Assembly (NCBI GenBank): GCA_041651095.1 | Contig: JBAZJV010000003.1 | Coordinates: forward strand, 16,293-80,292 | DNA from: Patescibacteria group bacterium | GTDB lineage: Bacteria > Patescibacteriota > Patescibacteriia > Patescibacteriales > UBA12465 | Reading direction: 5' to 3' | DNA length: 64,000 nucleotides | Part shown: positions 9,758 to 19,988 of the stretch, piece after piece | How the letters are laid out: each line of letters opens with the position of its first letter | Numbering within the stretch: position 1 is the first letter of the stretch | The notes under the pieces: generated by a model | The model's database searches: none | What the model was told of the DNA's origin: nothing | What the model saw: only the letters and a program-made list of their open reading frames with translations | Made by a program: the position numbers and the translations under genes

Positions 9758-11479
9758 ATGGTTAGCCCAAATTTGATTAGGCGGCAAGAGGAAATAGAGC
9801 CGGTCGCAGTTAATGAAGAGATCAAGAAGCTGTTCCAAGTTATCTACAGCGAACAGCATAAGGGCGGGGAAGCCGACGATAATATCCCCCGGATCAAGGT
9901 CTCTACGCTGATTTCCCGTCTGGCCGTCTTTTATGAAAAGATCAGGAATGCCGTGGATTACGACGAAGAGCACTTGCTGCGGAAGAATGCCATCGCCCGG
10001 ATCCTGCGCCGGCAGATCGTCATTGAAGGCGTGCTCACGGCCAGCGACAGCGACAAAATCGCCGAACACCTTTTGGTCGAACTGATCCGCGGCAGCTATT
10101 TGCCTAATAACCAGATACCGGAAGCCAAGATCGCCGAGGTGGCCGCCATGCTGAAAAAATATATCGCCCTGAAGAACCGGATGTCTGCCAACCTTAATAC
10201 CGAACTGGCCGCTCAAACGGACATCAAGCAAGCCAAAGACCTGATCAACGAGAAAAACCAGCTGACGACCTGGCTGCTCACGCTGGCCGCCTGCGAAATC
10301 GAGGAGAGCCTGTCGCCTAATCCGGTCAAGCAGGTTATCGTCAGCAACCTGTTTTCGGTCCTGTCCCGGAATATCCAATTGCCCAAGGATCTGCCCTATG
10401 AAAAGGATCTGGAAATTCAGATCTATCTGAGCATCAGCCGTAATTTCCTGAAGTTCGATAAGGAAATGCTGAATTTCGTGCTGTTCAAGTATTATAACAG
10501 CGGCTGGCCGACTCTGCGCCTGGAAGCGGCGGGAGAAAACGAGGCGATCCGGACGATCGCCGATAATCTGCGGGCGATGAAATCGGAGATGGACCAGCAG
10601 ATCAGCCACCCTCTGGCCAGGCAACTGGATAAGATCGTCCGCCTCTATTCCTTATATTTTTCTATTTTGGCCGAGACCGTCGAAGCCGACCCGGCCAAAA
10701 TTTATGGCGAGCTGGAACACGGCGAGCAGGCTTTTACTACGGCGATCCGCAAGGTTTGCGATAAGAAATACAAGAAAGCCAAGAGCCGCTTGTGGCGGGT
10801 CGCCCTGCGCAGCATCATCTACATTTTTCTGACCAAATCCATCTTTGTCTTCCTGATTGAAGTCCCGGCCACGCAGTGGTTCGGTGAAACGCTCAATCCC
10901 TTGGCTCTGGCAATCAACGTGGCTTTCCCGGCCATCCTGCTGTTTGTCATCGTTTTTTTCACCAAGCTGCCCGGTGAAGATAATACCCGGCAGATCATCG
11001 CCGGCATCAAAGAGATCAGTATCTTGGGGCAGGAGAGGAAACAACCGCTGGTCCTGCGCCGGCCGCCGCGCCGCAATTGGTTCATGCGTGCTCTGTTCAA
11101 CCTGATTTATATCGTCGCTTTCTATGTTTCCATTTATTATATCGTCTTAGCCCTGACCCGCATCCACTTCACCTGGGTGAGTGTCATTATCTTCCTGTTC
11201 TTCCTGGCTTTTGTCAGCTTTTTCAGCGTCCGGACGACCAGCGGCATCAAGGAACTCCTGGTGGTCGACCGGAAAGAGAACCTCTTTACCTTCCTGATCG
11301 ACCTGTTCTATATGCCGATCATCCTCGTCGGCCGCTGGCTCTCCCAGAATTTTTCCAAGATCAATGTTTTTATCTTCCTGTTCGATTTCGTTATCGAAGC
11401 GCCGTTCAAAGTCTTGGTCGAAGTGGCGGAGGACTGGACGCGCTATGTCCGCGAACGGCGGGATAATTTGGTCGATTAG
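9758..11479 (+). CDS. Large membrane protein, N-terminal soluble helical region plus C-terminal TM bundle, function unknown
   Basis: 573 aa. Hydrophobic helices lie between aa 340 and 540. No motif recognised. Confidence 0.5.
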   Translation: MVSPNLIRRQEEIEPVAVNEEIKKLFQVIYSEQHKGGEADDNIPRIKVSTLISRLAVFYEKIRNAVDYDEEHLLRKNAIARILRRQIVIEGVLTASDSDKIAEHLLVELIRGSYLPNNQIPEAKIAEVAAMLKKYIALKNRMSANLNTELAAQTDIKQAKDLINEKNQLTTWLLTLAACEIEESLSPNPVKQVIVSNLFSVLSRNIQLPKDLPYEKDLEIQIYLSISRNFLKFDKEMLNFVLFKYYNSGWPTLRLEAAGENEAIRTIADNLRAMKSEMDQQISHPLARQLDKIVRLYSLYFSILAETVEADPAKIYGELEHGEQAFTTAIRKVCDKKYKKAKSRLWRVALRSIIYIFLTKSIFVFLIEVPATQWFGETLNPLALAINVAFPAILLFVIVFFTKLPGEDNTRQIIAGIKEISILGQERKQPLVLRRPPRRNWFMRALFNLIYIVAFYVSIYYIVLALTRIHFTWVSVIIFLFFLAFVSFFSVRTTSGIKELLVVDRKENLFTFLIDLFYMPIILVGRWLSQNFSKINVFIFLFDFVIEAPFKVLVEVAEDWTRYVRERRDNLVD

Positions 11480-11482
11480 CTT

Positions 11483-12172
11483 ATGAACCCGCTCAGCATC
11501 GTCGCGACGCCGATAGGCAATCTGGAGGACATCACGCTCCGGGCGCTCCGCGTCCTGAAAGAGGCGGATTTCGTGCTCTGCGAAGATACGCGCGTGACCA
11601 AAAAACTCCTGGATCATTACCGGATCAAGACGCCGACCATTTCTTATCATCAGCATACCGGCGCCTTAAAGACCGACAAGATCATGGCCTTATTGCGATC
11701 CGGTAAAAATTTGGCGCTAGTAACCGACGCCGGTACGCCCGGCATTTCCGATCCGGGCGGCCAGCTCGTTTCTGCCGTGCGCCAAGAGCTCGGCGAGGCG
11801 GTGAAAATAGAAAGCATTCCCGGCGCCGCCGCTTTAGCGGCGGCCGTTTCCATCGCCGGCCGCGGTTTCGACCGCTTCCTGTTCCTCGGCTTCCTGCCGC
11901 ATAAGAAGGGCCGGCAGACGATGTTACGGGAAATCATGAATAGCGCTTATCCGGTCGTCATCTATGAGTCCAAGCATCGGATCGTCAAATTGCTGACCGA
12001 GCTGGAGAGCCTGAGCCGGGAGGCCGGGCGGGGAATTAACGTGCAAGTCGCCCGCGAACTGACCAAACAGCATGAAAGTTTCTATCAGGGGGAACCCGGA
12101 GAAATCAGAGCCAAATTAGAGGATGACCCGCAACAATTGAAAGGAGAATTCGTCGTTTTGATCCAAAACTAA
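11483..12172 (+). CDS. rsmI: 16S rRNA (cytidine1402-2'-O)-methyltransferase
   Basis: 229 aa. The tetrapyrrole-methylase-fold start LSIVATPIGNLEDITLRALRVLKEADFVLCEDTR is typical of RsmI. Confidence 0.85.
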   Translation: MNPLSIVATPIGNLEDITLRALRVLKEADFVLCEDTRVTKKLLDHYRIKTPTISYHQHTGALKTDKIMALLRSGKNLALVTDAGTPGISDPGGQLVSAVRQELGEAVKIESIPGAAALAAAVSIAGRGFDRFLFLGFLPHKKGRQTMLREIMNSAYPVVIYESKHRIVKLLTELESLSREAGRGINVQVARELTKQHESFYQGEPGEIRAKLEDDPQQLKGEFVVLIQN

Positions 12173-12184
12173 TCATTTATCAAC

Positions 12185-13636
12185 ATGCCTCAGGACCAAT
12201 ATTTCTACATCACCACGACCTTGCCTTACATCAATTCCGATCCGCATATCGGTTTCGCGGCGGAAATCATCAAGGCTGATGTCATCGCCCGCTATAAGAG
12301 GCAAGGCGGTGCCAATGTCTTTTTCAACACCGGCACGGACGAGCACGGCCTGAAGATCTATCAGAAGGCGGCCGAACTCGGCTTGGCGGTCCAGGATTTC
12401 TGCGATGAATATTCCGCCAAATTCCGTCCGCTCAAGGATAAGCTGGACCTATCCTACGACAAATTCATCCGGACGACCGACGAGGACCACCAGCGCGCGG
12501 CCCAGGCGTTCTGGCGACGCTGCGCGGCCAGCGGCGACATCTACAAGAAGATGTATAAGATCAAATATTGCGTCGGCTGCGAGATGGAGAAAACGGACTC
12601 CGACCTGGTGAACGGCCGCTGTCCGCTGCATCCTAATAAAGAATTGGAAGTAATCGATGAGGAAAATTATTTTTTCCGCTTTTCCAAATATCAGGAACCG
12701 CTCCTGAAGTTGTATGCTACGCAGCCGGATTTCGTCCTGCCGGCCGGCCGCCTGAAAGAAATAAAAGCGTTCGTCGAAGCCGGCTTGCAGGATTTCAGCA
12801 TCTCCCGCGTGAAGACGAAGATGCCGCACGGCGTGCCGGTGCCGGATGACGGGGAACAGGTGATGTATGTCTGGTTCGACGCTCTGGTCAATTATATCTC
12901 GACTCTGGGCTGGCCGGACGACTTCGACCGTTCCGGCAATTTCGCCGAATTCTGGCCGGGCTTACAAGTTTGCGGCAAAGACAACCTGCGGCCGCAGGCG
13001 GCCATGTGGCAGGCCATGCTGATGTCCGCCGGCCTGCCTAATTCTAGGCAGATCCTGGTGTTCGGCTTCCTGACGGCTAACGGGCAGAAGATCTCTAAGA
13101 GCCTGGGCAATACGGTCGATCCTTATGAGCTCGCGGATAAATACGGCAGCGACGCCGTCCGGTATTATCTGTTGGCAGAAATCCCGCCCTATGAGGACGG
13201 CGATTATTCGGGAGAAAAGTTCCGGGAACGCTATAACGCCGATCTAGCTAACGGTTTGGGGAATCTGGCGGCCCGGGTTTCCAATCTTCTGGAAAAGAAC
13301 GGTATCGCGACCAATTTGCGCGTGGATATGCAGGAACCGGGCGCCGCGGCGCTCAGCCGGCAGGTGGCGCAGAAGATGTCGGAATATCGCTTCAACGAAG
13401 CTTTGCAGGTTATTTGGGAGCAGATCAGGCTAAACGACGAGACCTTGAGCCGGACTACGCCCTGGAAAATATCCGAATCGTCGCAAGTGGCGGCGATCCT
13501 GACGCCGATTGCCCAAAACATCCTTAACCTGGCTTACTTATTGGAGCCGTTCCTCCCGCGGGCCGCCGGAGAGATCCGGGCGCAATTTGCCGCTCCGCAA
13601 GTAAGAAAAAGCGCGCCTTTGTTTCCTCGTTTATAA
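12185..13636 (+). CDS. metG: Methionyl-tRNA synthetase
   Basis: 483 aa. HIGH-type motif (PYINSDPHIGFA), a KMSKS-type motif KISKSLGN, and a Cys knuckle (CVGCE...CPLH). Confidence 0.92.
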   Translation: MPQDQYFYITTTLPYINSDPHIGFAAEIIKADVIARYKRQGGANVFFNTGTDEHGLKIYQKAAELGLAVQDFCDEYSAKFRPLKDKLDLSYDKFIRTTDEDHQRAAQAFWRRCAASGDIYKKMYKIKYCVGCEMEKTDSDLVNGRCPLHPNKELEVIDEENYFFRFSKYQEPLLKLYATQPDFVLPAGRLKEIKAFVEAGLQDFSISRVKTKMPHGVPVPDDGEQVMYVWFDALVNYISTLGWPDDFDRSGNFAEFWPGLQVCGKDNLRPQAAMWQAMLMSAGLPNSRQILVFGFLTANGQKISKSLGNTVDPYELADKYGSDAVRYYLLAEIPPYEDGDYSGEKFRERYNADLANGLGNLAARVSNLLEKNGIATNLRVDMQEPGAAALSRQVAQKMSEYRFNEALQVIWEQIRLNDETLSRTTPWKISESSQVAAILTPIAQNILNLAYLLEPFLPRAAGEIRAQFAAPQVRKSAPLFPRL

Positions 13637-13648
13637 TAATCAAAACAT

Positions 13649-14182
13649 ATGTCTATCTTTGACATCAGTTTGCTGGTCATCTTGTGCGGTTTCGTTATCA
13701 ACGGGCTGTTCAAGGGATTGATCAGGATTTTGGGCAGCCTGGCCGGCCTGCTCATCGGCGCCTATGCGGCCAGCCATTATTATCTGGTTTTCTTCGAGTG
13801 GTGGAAGAACTGGCAATGGTGTCAGGCCTGGGCGACCGCTCATGACGGGGCCGGCAAAGTGATTTCCTTCATCATCCTGTTCGTGCTTATAGCGCGCCTG
13901 GTCGATTTCCTGTTCGTGGTTATTGAGAAGGTCTTCAATTTCGTCGCCGTTATTCCCGGCAGCCGATTCATCAATAATATCTTGGGAGCCATCCTGGGCT
14001 TTCTGGAAGGTTCGCTGTTTCTCGGCCTGATCATCTATGTCATTTCCCGCTATAGCTTCATCGGCGACTATTTCGGCAATCAGCTAACCGATTCGGTCAT
14101 GGCGCCATTCCTGTTAAAGATAGTGAGCGTTATCCTGCCGCTTTTGCCGGAAGCGCTCAAAGCCCTGCAAGCCATTATTTAA
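13649..14182 (+). CDS. CvpA-family membrane protein
   Basis: 177 aa with 4 TM helices. Size and hydrophobicity layout match the colicin V production protein family. Confidence 0.55.
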   Translation: MSIFDISLLVILCGFVINGLFKGLIRILGSLAGLLIGAYAASHYYLVFFEWWKNWQWCQAWATAHDGAGKVISFIILFVLIARLVDFLFVVIEKVFNFVAVIPGSRFINNILGAILGFLEGSLFLGLIIYVISRYSFIGDYFGNQLTDSVMAPFLLKIVSVILPLLPEALKALQAII

Positions 14183-14204
14183 AAGCGTGAGGCATTTGTA
14201 AAAC

Positions 14205-14813
14205 ATGAGATATTTGCGTTTAAAACCACGGTTTATCGCGCCGGCCGCCATTAAAATAGTCGCCGGCGCTTTAGGATCCGGCCAGGTCCTGGTACTGCCG
14301 ACCGATACCATTTACGGTCTGAGCTGCCGGGCGGACGATGCTCGGGCGGTCAGGCGTATCCAGCGGCTTAAAGGACGCTCAGGGAAAAAACCGTTCATCA
14401 TTTTGGTCAGCAGCCTGGCCATGCTCAGGAAATATGCGGTAATTTCCGAGCAGCAGTCTAAGCAATTGGCGAAAATTTGGCGTTCCGGGAGCCGGCCGAC
14501 CACGGTCATTTTAGCCGCCCGCCAGCCGACCGCGCTGGCCTTGGATTTGGTAGACGGCAGTCTGGCGGCCCGTTTGCCTAAAAGTGAATTTTTGATTAAA
14601 ATAATAAAGACCATCAAGGCGCCGATCGTTTCCACCAGCCTTAATCGCAGCGGCCAGACTAACATCAGGGACCCGCGCCAATTGGCCGCTTATCTGCCGA
14701 TTTGGCAGCAGCGGCTGGATCTGGTAGTCGACGGCGGGATCTGCCGCCGCCGTCGGGCTTCCCGGATTATCGATCTGCGAGACAGCCGGGCGCCGCGCCT
14801 GTTAAGAAAATAA
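14205..14813 (+). CDS. tsaC: L-threonylcarbamoyladenylate synthase (YrdC/TsaC type)
   Basis: 202 aa. PTDTIYGLSC..A..RI..LKGR...KPF.ILV are YrdC-domain motifs. Confidence 0.8.
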   Translation: MRYLRLKPRFIAPAAIKIVAGALGSGQVLVLPTDTIYGLSCRADDARAVRRIQRLKGRSGKKPFIILVSSLAMLRKYAVISEQQSKQLAKIWRSGSRPTTVILAARQPTALALDLVDGSLAARLPKSEFLIKIIKTIKAPIVSTSLNRSGQTNIRDPRQLAAYLPIWQQRLDLVVDGGICRRRRASRIIDLRDSRAPRLLRK

Positions 14814-14825
14814 TCATCTAGCCAT

Positions 14826-16070
14826 ATGTTCAATAACCCTAAATTCAAGAAAACCGGTTTGGTCGTCGCAGCCGCCGTATTAGCGGCGGCGATTTTTAGC
14901 GGCGGCTACTACCTGGGGCATAACCCCGGCCGCCTGTCTTTTTTTAACCGGCCCCTGGCTTTTTCGCCGGAAGCCGTCAAGCTGACCGTCCGGAACACGA
15001 CCAATACGCCCGTGGATTTCAACCTGTATTGGCAGGTCTGGGACAGTCTGAAGAATAATTACGTCGATAAGAACAAAGTGAGCGATCAGGATCTGTTCTA
15101 CGGTTCCTTGAAGGGGCTGGCCGAATCTACCGGCGATCCCTATACGGTGTTCATGACCCCGCAGGAATCCAAGGAATTCTCCGATGAACTATCCGGCACC
15201 TTCGAGGGCATCGGCGCGGAGCTCGGCATGCGCAATGAGACCGCGACGGTCATCGCTCCCTTGGACGGGACACCGGCCCAGAAGGCCGGCATCCGGGCCG
15301 GCGACAAGATCTACGCGGTGAACAGCGAACCGACCATCGGCTTGACCATTGATGCCATCGTCAAGAAAATCCGCGGTCCGAAAGACACCAAAGTCACTCT
15401 GACCATTATCCGCGGCAACGATAAGCCGAAAGAGATAACGATCACTAGGGGCATCATCCAGGTCAAGAGCGTGACCACGACCTGGCGGCCGGACGGCCTG
15501 CTGTTGATCCGCATCAGCAATTTCAATAATGATACGGCCGGCTTGTTCAGCCAGGCGGTCAACCTGGCCCTCACCAAGAACCCCAAGGGCATCATCGTCG
15601 ATTTGCGCAATAATCCGGGTGGTTATCTGGACACGGCCGTCAATCTGGCCAGCGAATGGGTGCCGGAAGGGCCCATCGTGGCCGAACAGTTCAGCGGCAA
15701 CAAGCGCAACGAATATCCGGCCACCGGCAACGCCCGCCTGCAGCATTTCCCGACCGTGGTCCTGATCAATGCCGGCAGCGCCTCCGCTTCCGAGATCCTG
15801 GCCGGCGCCCTGCGCGATTATAAGAAGGCGACGATTGTCGGCGAAAAGAGCTACGGCAAAGGATCGGTCCAGACCTTGAACGACCTGACGGGCGGCGCCG
15901 CTCTTAAGATTACGGTCGCCAAGTGGCTGACGCCGGCCGGCGATTACATCAACGATAAAGGATTGGAGCCGAATATCGTCGTTCCGCTCTCGGCGGCCGA
16001 TGCCGATAAGGGTAAGGATCCGCAATTGGATAAAGCCGTCCAGCTGCTCTTATCGCCCAAGCAGAAATAA
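14826..16070 (+). CDS. Carboxy-terminal processing protease (S41) with PDZ domain
   Basis: 414 aa. N-terminal TM, PDZ (GTPAQKAGIRAGDKI), and an S41 core (DLRNNPGGYL, GSASASEILAGAL, GKGSVQ). Confidence 0.87.
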   Translation: MFNNPKFKKTGLVVAAAVLAAAIFSGGYYLGHNPGRLSFFNRPLAFSPEAVKLTVRNTTNTPVDFNLYWQVWDSLKNNYVDKNKVSDQDLFYGSLKGLAESTGDPYTVFMTPQESKEFSDELSGTFEGIGAELGMRNETATVIAPLDGTPAQKAGIRAGDKIYAVNSEPTIGLTIDAIVKKIRGPKDTKVTLTIIRGNDKPKEITITRGIIQVKSVTTTWRPDGLLLIRISNFNNDTAGLFSQAVNLALTKNPKGIIVDLRNNPGGYLDTAVNLASEWVPEGPIVAEQFSGNKRNEYPATGNARLQHFPTVVLINAGSASASEILAGALRDYKKATIVGEKSYGKGSVQTLNDLTGGAALKITVAKWLTPAGDYINDKGLEPNIVVPLSAADADKGKDPQLDKAVQLLLSPKQK

Positions 16071-16089
16071 TAAACTTAAGATATTTTTT

Positions 16090-17766
16090 ATGTCCCCGGT
16101 AAAAACGAATGAAAACCGCAAAAAAGCTGCGGCTGATGTTAAGTATATCTTCGTCGTCGGCGGCGTGATGTCCGGCGTCGGCAAAGGCGTGACCACGGCT
16201 TCGGTCGGTGAGATCCTGCAAGCCCGCGGCTATAAGGTGAGTTCTATCAAGATGGACCCCTATATCAACGTCGACGCCGGGACCATGAATCCGATAGAGC
16301 ACGGCGAGGTCTTCGTGACCGAGGACGGCGACGAGACGGATCAGGACATCGGCAATTACGAACGTTTCCTGAACAAGAACATCTATCGGGAGAATTATAT
16401 GACGACGGGGCGGATTTATCAGACCGTCATCAACCGGGAGCGCAATTTGGAATATAAAGGCAAGTGCGTCCAGGTCGTGCCGCATATCCCCCAGGAGATC
16501 AGGGAGCGCATCGACCGGGCGGTCGAGAAGACCGGCGCGGAAATCATGATCATCGAAATCGGCGGCACGGTCGGCGAATACGAGAACCTGCTATTCCTGG
16601 AAGCGGCCCGCGTCATGAAGCTCTATCATCCCAAGGACGTCCTCTTTGTCATGGTGTCATTTTTGCCCGTGCCGCACACGATCGGGGAGATGAAGACCAA
16701 GCCGACTCAGCACGCGGTGCGCAGTTTGCAGGGCGCCGGCATCCAGCCGGATTTCCTGATCGCCCGCAGCGAGAAGCCGCTCGACAGCCAGCGCAAGGAA
16801 AAGCTGTCCATCAATTGCAACCTGCCGGTGGAAAATGTCATTTCCGCACCGGACGTGGAGTCGATCTATGATATCCCCCTTAATTTCGAGAAAGACCACC
16901 TGAGCGAGCGAATCCTGGAGAAATTCGGCTTGCCGGCCCGGAAATACAATAACGAAGACTGGAAGAAGATGGTTGCCGCCTCCAAGATCCAGGCGCCGGC
17001 GGTCAATGTCGGCATCGTCGGCAAATATTTCGCCAGCGGCGATTTTTCCCTGGGTGATTCCTATATTTCAGTGATTGAAGCGATCAAGCACGCCGCCGCG
17101 GCTAATCGTTGCCGCGTCAATATCCATTGGCTCGGCGCCGAAGAAGTGGAAAAATCCGGCACCAAGATATTGCGCAATTTGGACGGAATTATCGTGCCGC
17201 AGGGCTGGGGCGGCCGCGGAGCGGAAGGAAAAATAAAGACGATCAAGTATTGCCGGGAGAAGGGCGTGCCTTATTTCGGCTTATGCTACGGCATGCAGAT
17301 GGCGGTCATTGAATTCGCCCGCGATGCGGCCGGCTTGCAAGACGCCAATTCGGCGGAAGTCGATCCGAAAACGACCAATCCGGTCATCCATATCATGCCC
17401 GGCCAGGAAAAGCTGATCAAGGAGAAAGGCTACGGCGGCACTATCCGTTTGGGCGGCTGGCCCTGCAAAATAGCGCCCGGCACGCATTTGGCCAAGGCCT
17501 ATGAGAAATTTACGGATAAGAAAGTCGTTTCCGAGCGCCACCGGCACCGTTACGAATTCAATAACGACTACCGGGATGAATTCCAGAAGCTGGGCTTGAC
17601 CATTGCCGGCACTTCGCCGGACGGCCAGATCGTCGAGGCCATAGAACTGACCAAGCATCCCTTCTTCATCGGCGTCCAGTTCCACCCCGAATATATCTCC
17701 CGCCCGCTCGCACCGCATCCTTTATTTGTTGAGTTTGTCCGGGTTTGCAAGGACGGGAAGAAATAA
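16090..17766 (+). CDS. pyrG: CTP synthase
   Basis: YIFVVGGVMSGVGKG start and a GATase domain (GLCYGMQ, HRHRYEFN). ATG at 16090 chosen because the ORF-track start at 16000 would overlap the preceding protease gene. Confidence 0.95.
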   Translation: MSPVKTNENRKKAAADVKYIFVVGGVMSGVGKGVTTASVGEILQARGYKVSSIKMDPYINVDAGTMNPIEHGEVFVTEDGDETDQDIGNYERFLNKNIYRENYMTTGRIYQTVINRERNLEYKGKCVQVVPHIPQEIRERIDRAVEKTGAEIMIIEIGGTVGEYENLLFLEAARVMKLYHPKDVLFVMVSFLPVPHTIGEMKTKPTQHAVRSLQGAGIQPDFLIARSEKPLDSQRKEKLSINCNLPVENVISAPDVESIYDIPLNFEKDHLSERILEKFGLPARKYNNEDWKKMVAASKIQAPAVNVGIVGKYFASGDFSLGDSYISVIEAIKHAAAANRCRVNIHWLGAEEVEKSGTKILRNLDGIIVPQGWGGRGAEGKIKTIKYCREKGVPYFGLCYGMQMAVIEFARDAAGLQDANSAEVDPKTTNPVIHIMPGQEKLIKEKGYGGTIRLGGWPCKIAPGTHLAKAYEKFTDKKVVSERHRHRYEFNNDYRDEFQKLGLTIAGTSPDGQIVEAIELTKHPFFIGVQFHPEYISRPLAPHPLFVEFVRVCKDGKK

Positions 17767-17855
17767 TTATAATAGAAAATATTGTAAAAAATTAGCTAAT
17801 TTTAAACTAAATTAGTTGATTTTTTTTATTTGACTTTTTATGTTTATTATGTCTA

Positions 17856-17884
17856 TTGACAAATATTAATAAATAGTTTATAGT
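17856..17884 (+). promoter_or_regulatory. Near-consensus sigma70-type promoter
   Basis: TTGACA (17856-17861), a 17-nt spacer, then TATAGT (17879-17884). Lies about 100 nt upstream of the 17987 ORF in an AT-rich spacer. Confidence 0.4.
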
Positions 17885-17986
17885 TAACCTATTGAAAATT
17901 AGTTTAAAAAACTAAAAAATACGGACTTTAACAAACAAAAATACAACTAAATTAACTAGAATATCATCAAAAGAGGAGTAATACCC

Positions 17987-19027
17987 ATGAAACGCTATTT
18001 ATCTTTCTTGTTTGTCGTCATTGTGTTTGCGACCGTAACTTTTTCGCAAAACCGGGGCTTTAAACAAAAAACCACGGAAATTAAGGTTACATATAATCTG
18101 TGGGAATTTAAAGGAATCGAAGTCGATTATACTAAATCGATTTCTGAACAACTAAAATCTAGTAAAATTAAGGCTGATTCATCATTTGATTTTTCAGGGC
18201 TTCCAAGCGAAGGAGTATTTGGATATCCCCTCGGTACTCAAAAGGGGAAACAGCGAGTAGAAGCAGCGGATTTCTTTTTTAAAGGGCCAATTAATTACAA
18301 ATTGGTTCAAAAAGTCATGGATGACGAGGGGTACGAACCAGCCGATTTCCAAACTCTTATTGCGGTTGCTAACGCGCACTACTCTGGATTTTTGGAACAA
18401 TCGCAGGCTAGCATGATTGCAATGGGTACGGAAATACAGGATACTACTCATTTCTGGACAGATGAAAAAGGCGTTCACCAGCGTTATCATTCGTCGCTTG
18501 AAGATGTTTATTATCCTGGTTTATCCCGTGGATTATTTCGAGCGGAAGAAAAAAAGTTTAACTTCTGGGACAATAGTATGCCTGGTTCGAAAGTTTCATT
18601 CTTGGCGGTAAAAAAATCATCTCTACCGTCAAAACTCGGCGTCAAAGAAATTGACAAAGTCTGGGAAAAGACCAAATTTATGGAAAACATCCTTCCTAAA
18701 GAGAAACAATCTGATACTTTCGGAGCGGGAGCACAAACTTATTTATTCTGCGGTAAATCGGATAACTTTAATGTCGAGATGCGCAGAGTACAAACGCCCG
18801 ATGTAATTGGAAACCAAACGTATATTATCCAGTTGACTGTAAACGGCGATAAAATATCTTCTGCGCCCCTAGATTTTTCTTATCAATGTTATAGCGATCC
18901 CAAAATAATTCAAGATAATATCGTTGTACGTGCTTATGTAGGTATGTATGATCCCGGAAAAACTCATTTCTATATTGTCGCGAGGCCAAATGGCACTCGC
19001 TATTATACGGGAACAACAAAAAATTAA
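17987..19027 (+). CDS. Secreted hypothetical protein (AT-rich orphan gene)
   Basis: 346 aa. Signal peptide MKRYLSFLFVVIVFATVTFSQ and a strong RBS (aagaggag). Composition is clearly lower in GC than the flanking genes. Confidence 0.5.
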   Translation: MKRYLSFLFVVIVFATVTFSQNRGFKQKTTEIKVTYNLWEFKGIEVDYTKSISEQLKSSKIKADSSFDFSGLPSEGVFGYPLGTQKGKQRVEAADFFFKGPINYKLVQKVMDDEGYEPADFQTLIAVANAHYSGFLEQSQASMIAMGTEIQDTTHFWTDEKGVHQRYHSSLEDVYYPGLSRGLFRAEEKKFNFWDNSMPGSKVSFLAVKKSSLPSKLGVKEIDKVWEKTKFMENILPKEKQSDTFGAGAQTYLFCGKSDNFNVEMRRVQTPDVIGNQTYIIQLTVNGDKISSAPLDFSYQCYSDPKIIQDNIVVRAYVGMYDPGKTHFYIVARPNGTRYYTGTTKN

Positions 19028-19059
19028 AGTATCAAAGATTAGAAAATAACACGTTTGTC

Positions 19060-19086
19060 CCCGCTTCATTTTGGAGCGGGTTTTTA
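19060..19086 (+). terminator. Intrinsic terminator
   Basis: CCCGCT-tcattttgg-AGCGGG followed by TTTTT. Confidence 0.65.
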
Positions 19087-19267
19087 TTTTTATTATTACC
19101 TGTTATCATGATGACGGGGAAAGTGATGATTTTTAAGTTTCAGTAAACTTCTGGTTTTATGCCTGGGGATCAAGAAGAATAATTCTTACCCCAGGTTTTT
19201 ATATTTAGCTGGATATAATAAAAAAATAACCTCTTAGCCGAGGTTATTTTTTGTATTCCAACAATGC

Positions 19268-19579
19268 TTATTTGGCAGTCTTTACCGCCGCCTTCTTGGC
19301 GACCGGGATAACAACGTTCACGACCTTGCAGGTCTTGAGGGAATTGTCGTATTTCCTCAGTTTCTTGGTGGAGAATTTAACGATGCCGCTCTTTAAAGCG
19401 AACAAGGTGTCGTCGCCGCCTTTTTTGACGTTTACGCCGGGATGATATTTGGTGCCGCGTTGCCGGATGATGATTGCGCCGGTTTTCGCCCATTCGCCAT
19501 CGGTCAGCTTGACGCCCAGACGCTTGCTTTCTGATTCGCGGCCCAAGGAAGTTGACCCGGCGGCTTTCTTATGTGCCAT
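19268..19579 (-). CDS. rpmA: 50S ribosomal protein L27
   Basis: 103 aa. [24 protein letters not shown]...[13 protein letters not shown] is the canonical L27 sequence. Confidence 0.95.
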   Translation of the reverse strand: MAHKKAAGSTSLGRESESKRLGVKLTDGEWAKTGAIIIRQRGTKYHPGVNVKKGGDDTLFALKSGIVKFSTKKLRKYDNSLKTCKVVNVVIPVAKKAAVKTAK

Positions 19580-19776
19580 AGAGGTAGGTTTAGCTAATTA
19601 AGTTATTTTTACTAGATAAATATAACAAAGGGAGGGGTAATTGTCAAATAGGCCTATTATTAGCTAGATTATTCAGTAAAAAATAATATTTTAGGCAGTT
19701 TTAATTTTTATAGGATATGTTATAATAAGATTATCAAAAATCAGGTAAAAAATAATAAAAAAATAAGTAAAAAATT

Positions 19777-19959
19777 ATGCCAAGATTAAAAGTGGATCAA
19801 GACACCTGTATTGGTTGTGGCTTATGCGCCGGCACTTGTCCGGAGAGTTTCCAGATGAACCTGAGCGGCAAGTCGGAAGTAGTTGACGATAAAGTGACTG
19901 ATTGCGCCAAAAAAATGATTGAGAATTGTCCGGTCGGCGCGATTAGCATCGAGGAATAA
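19777..19959 (+). CDS. Small single-cluster ferredoxin
   Basis: 60 aa. CIGCGLCAGTCP plus a distal CP. Confidence 0.8.
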   Translation: MPRLKVDQDTCIGCGLCAGTCPESFQMNLSGKSEVVDDKVTDCAKKMIENCPVGAISIEE

Positions 19960-19988
19960 TTCATGCCACATTCGGCAAATAGAAATTT

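Noticed and set aside
9704-10624. 306-aa minus-strand ORF, and similar long antisense ORFs at 15189-16025, 23912-24739, 39406-39969, 41587-42222 and 32202-32645.
   Set aside because: They lie entirely antisense to well-supported genes. Their low-complexity, Arg/Gly/Asp/Gln-rich translations are typical of shadow frames.
16000-16089. Upstream extension of pyrG given by the ORF track. Similar N-terminal extensions occur at 45718, 54350 and 62028.
   Set aside because: The extensions overlap preceding genes or lack protein-like sequence. Internal ATGs with an RBS or with conserved N-termini (YIFVVGG, a lipobox, GT4 GGAEKF) fit better.
19086-19160. 12-codon mini-ORF (MMTGKVMIFKFQ) between two terminators.
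   Set aside because: It is too short, has no RBS, and is probably spacer sequence between stacked terminators.
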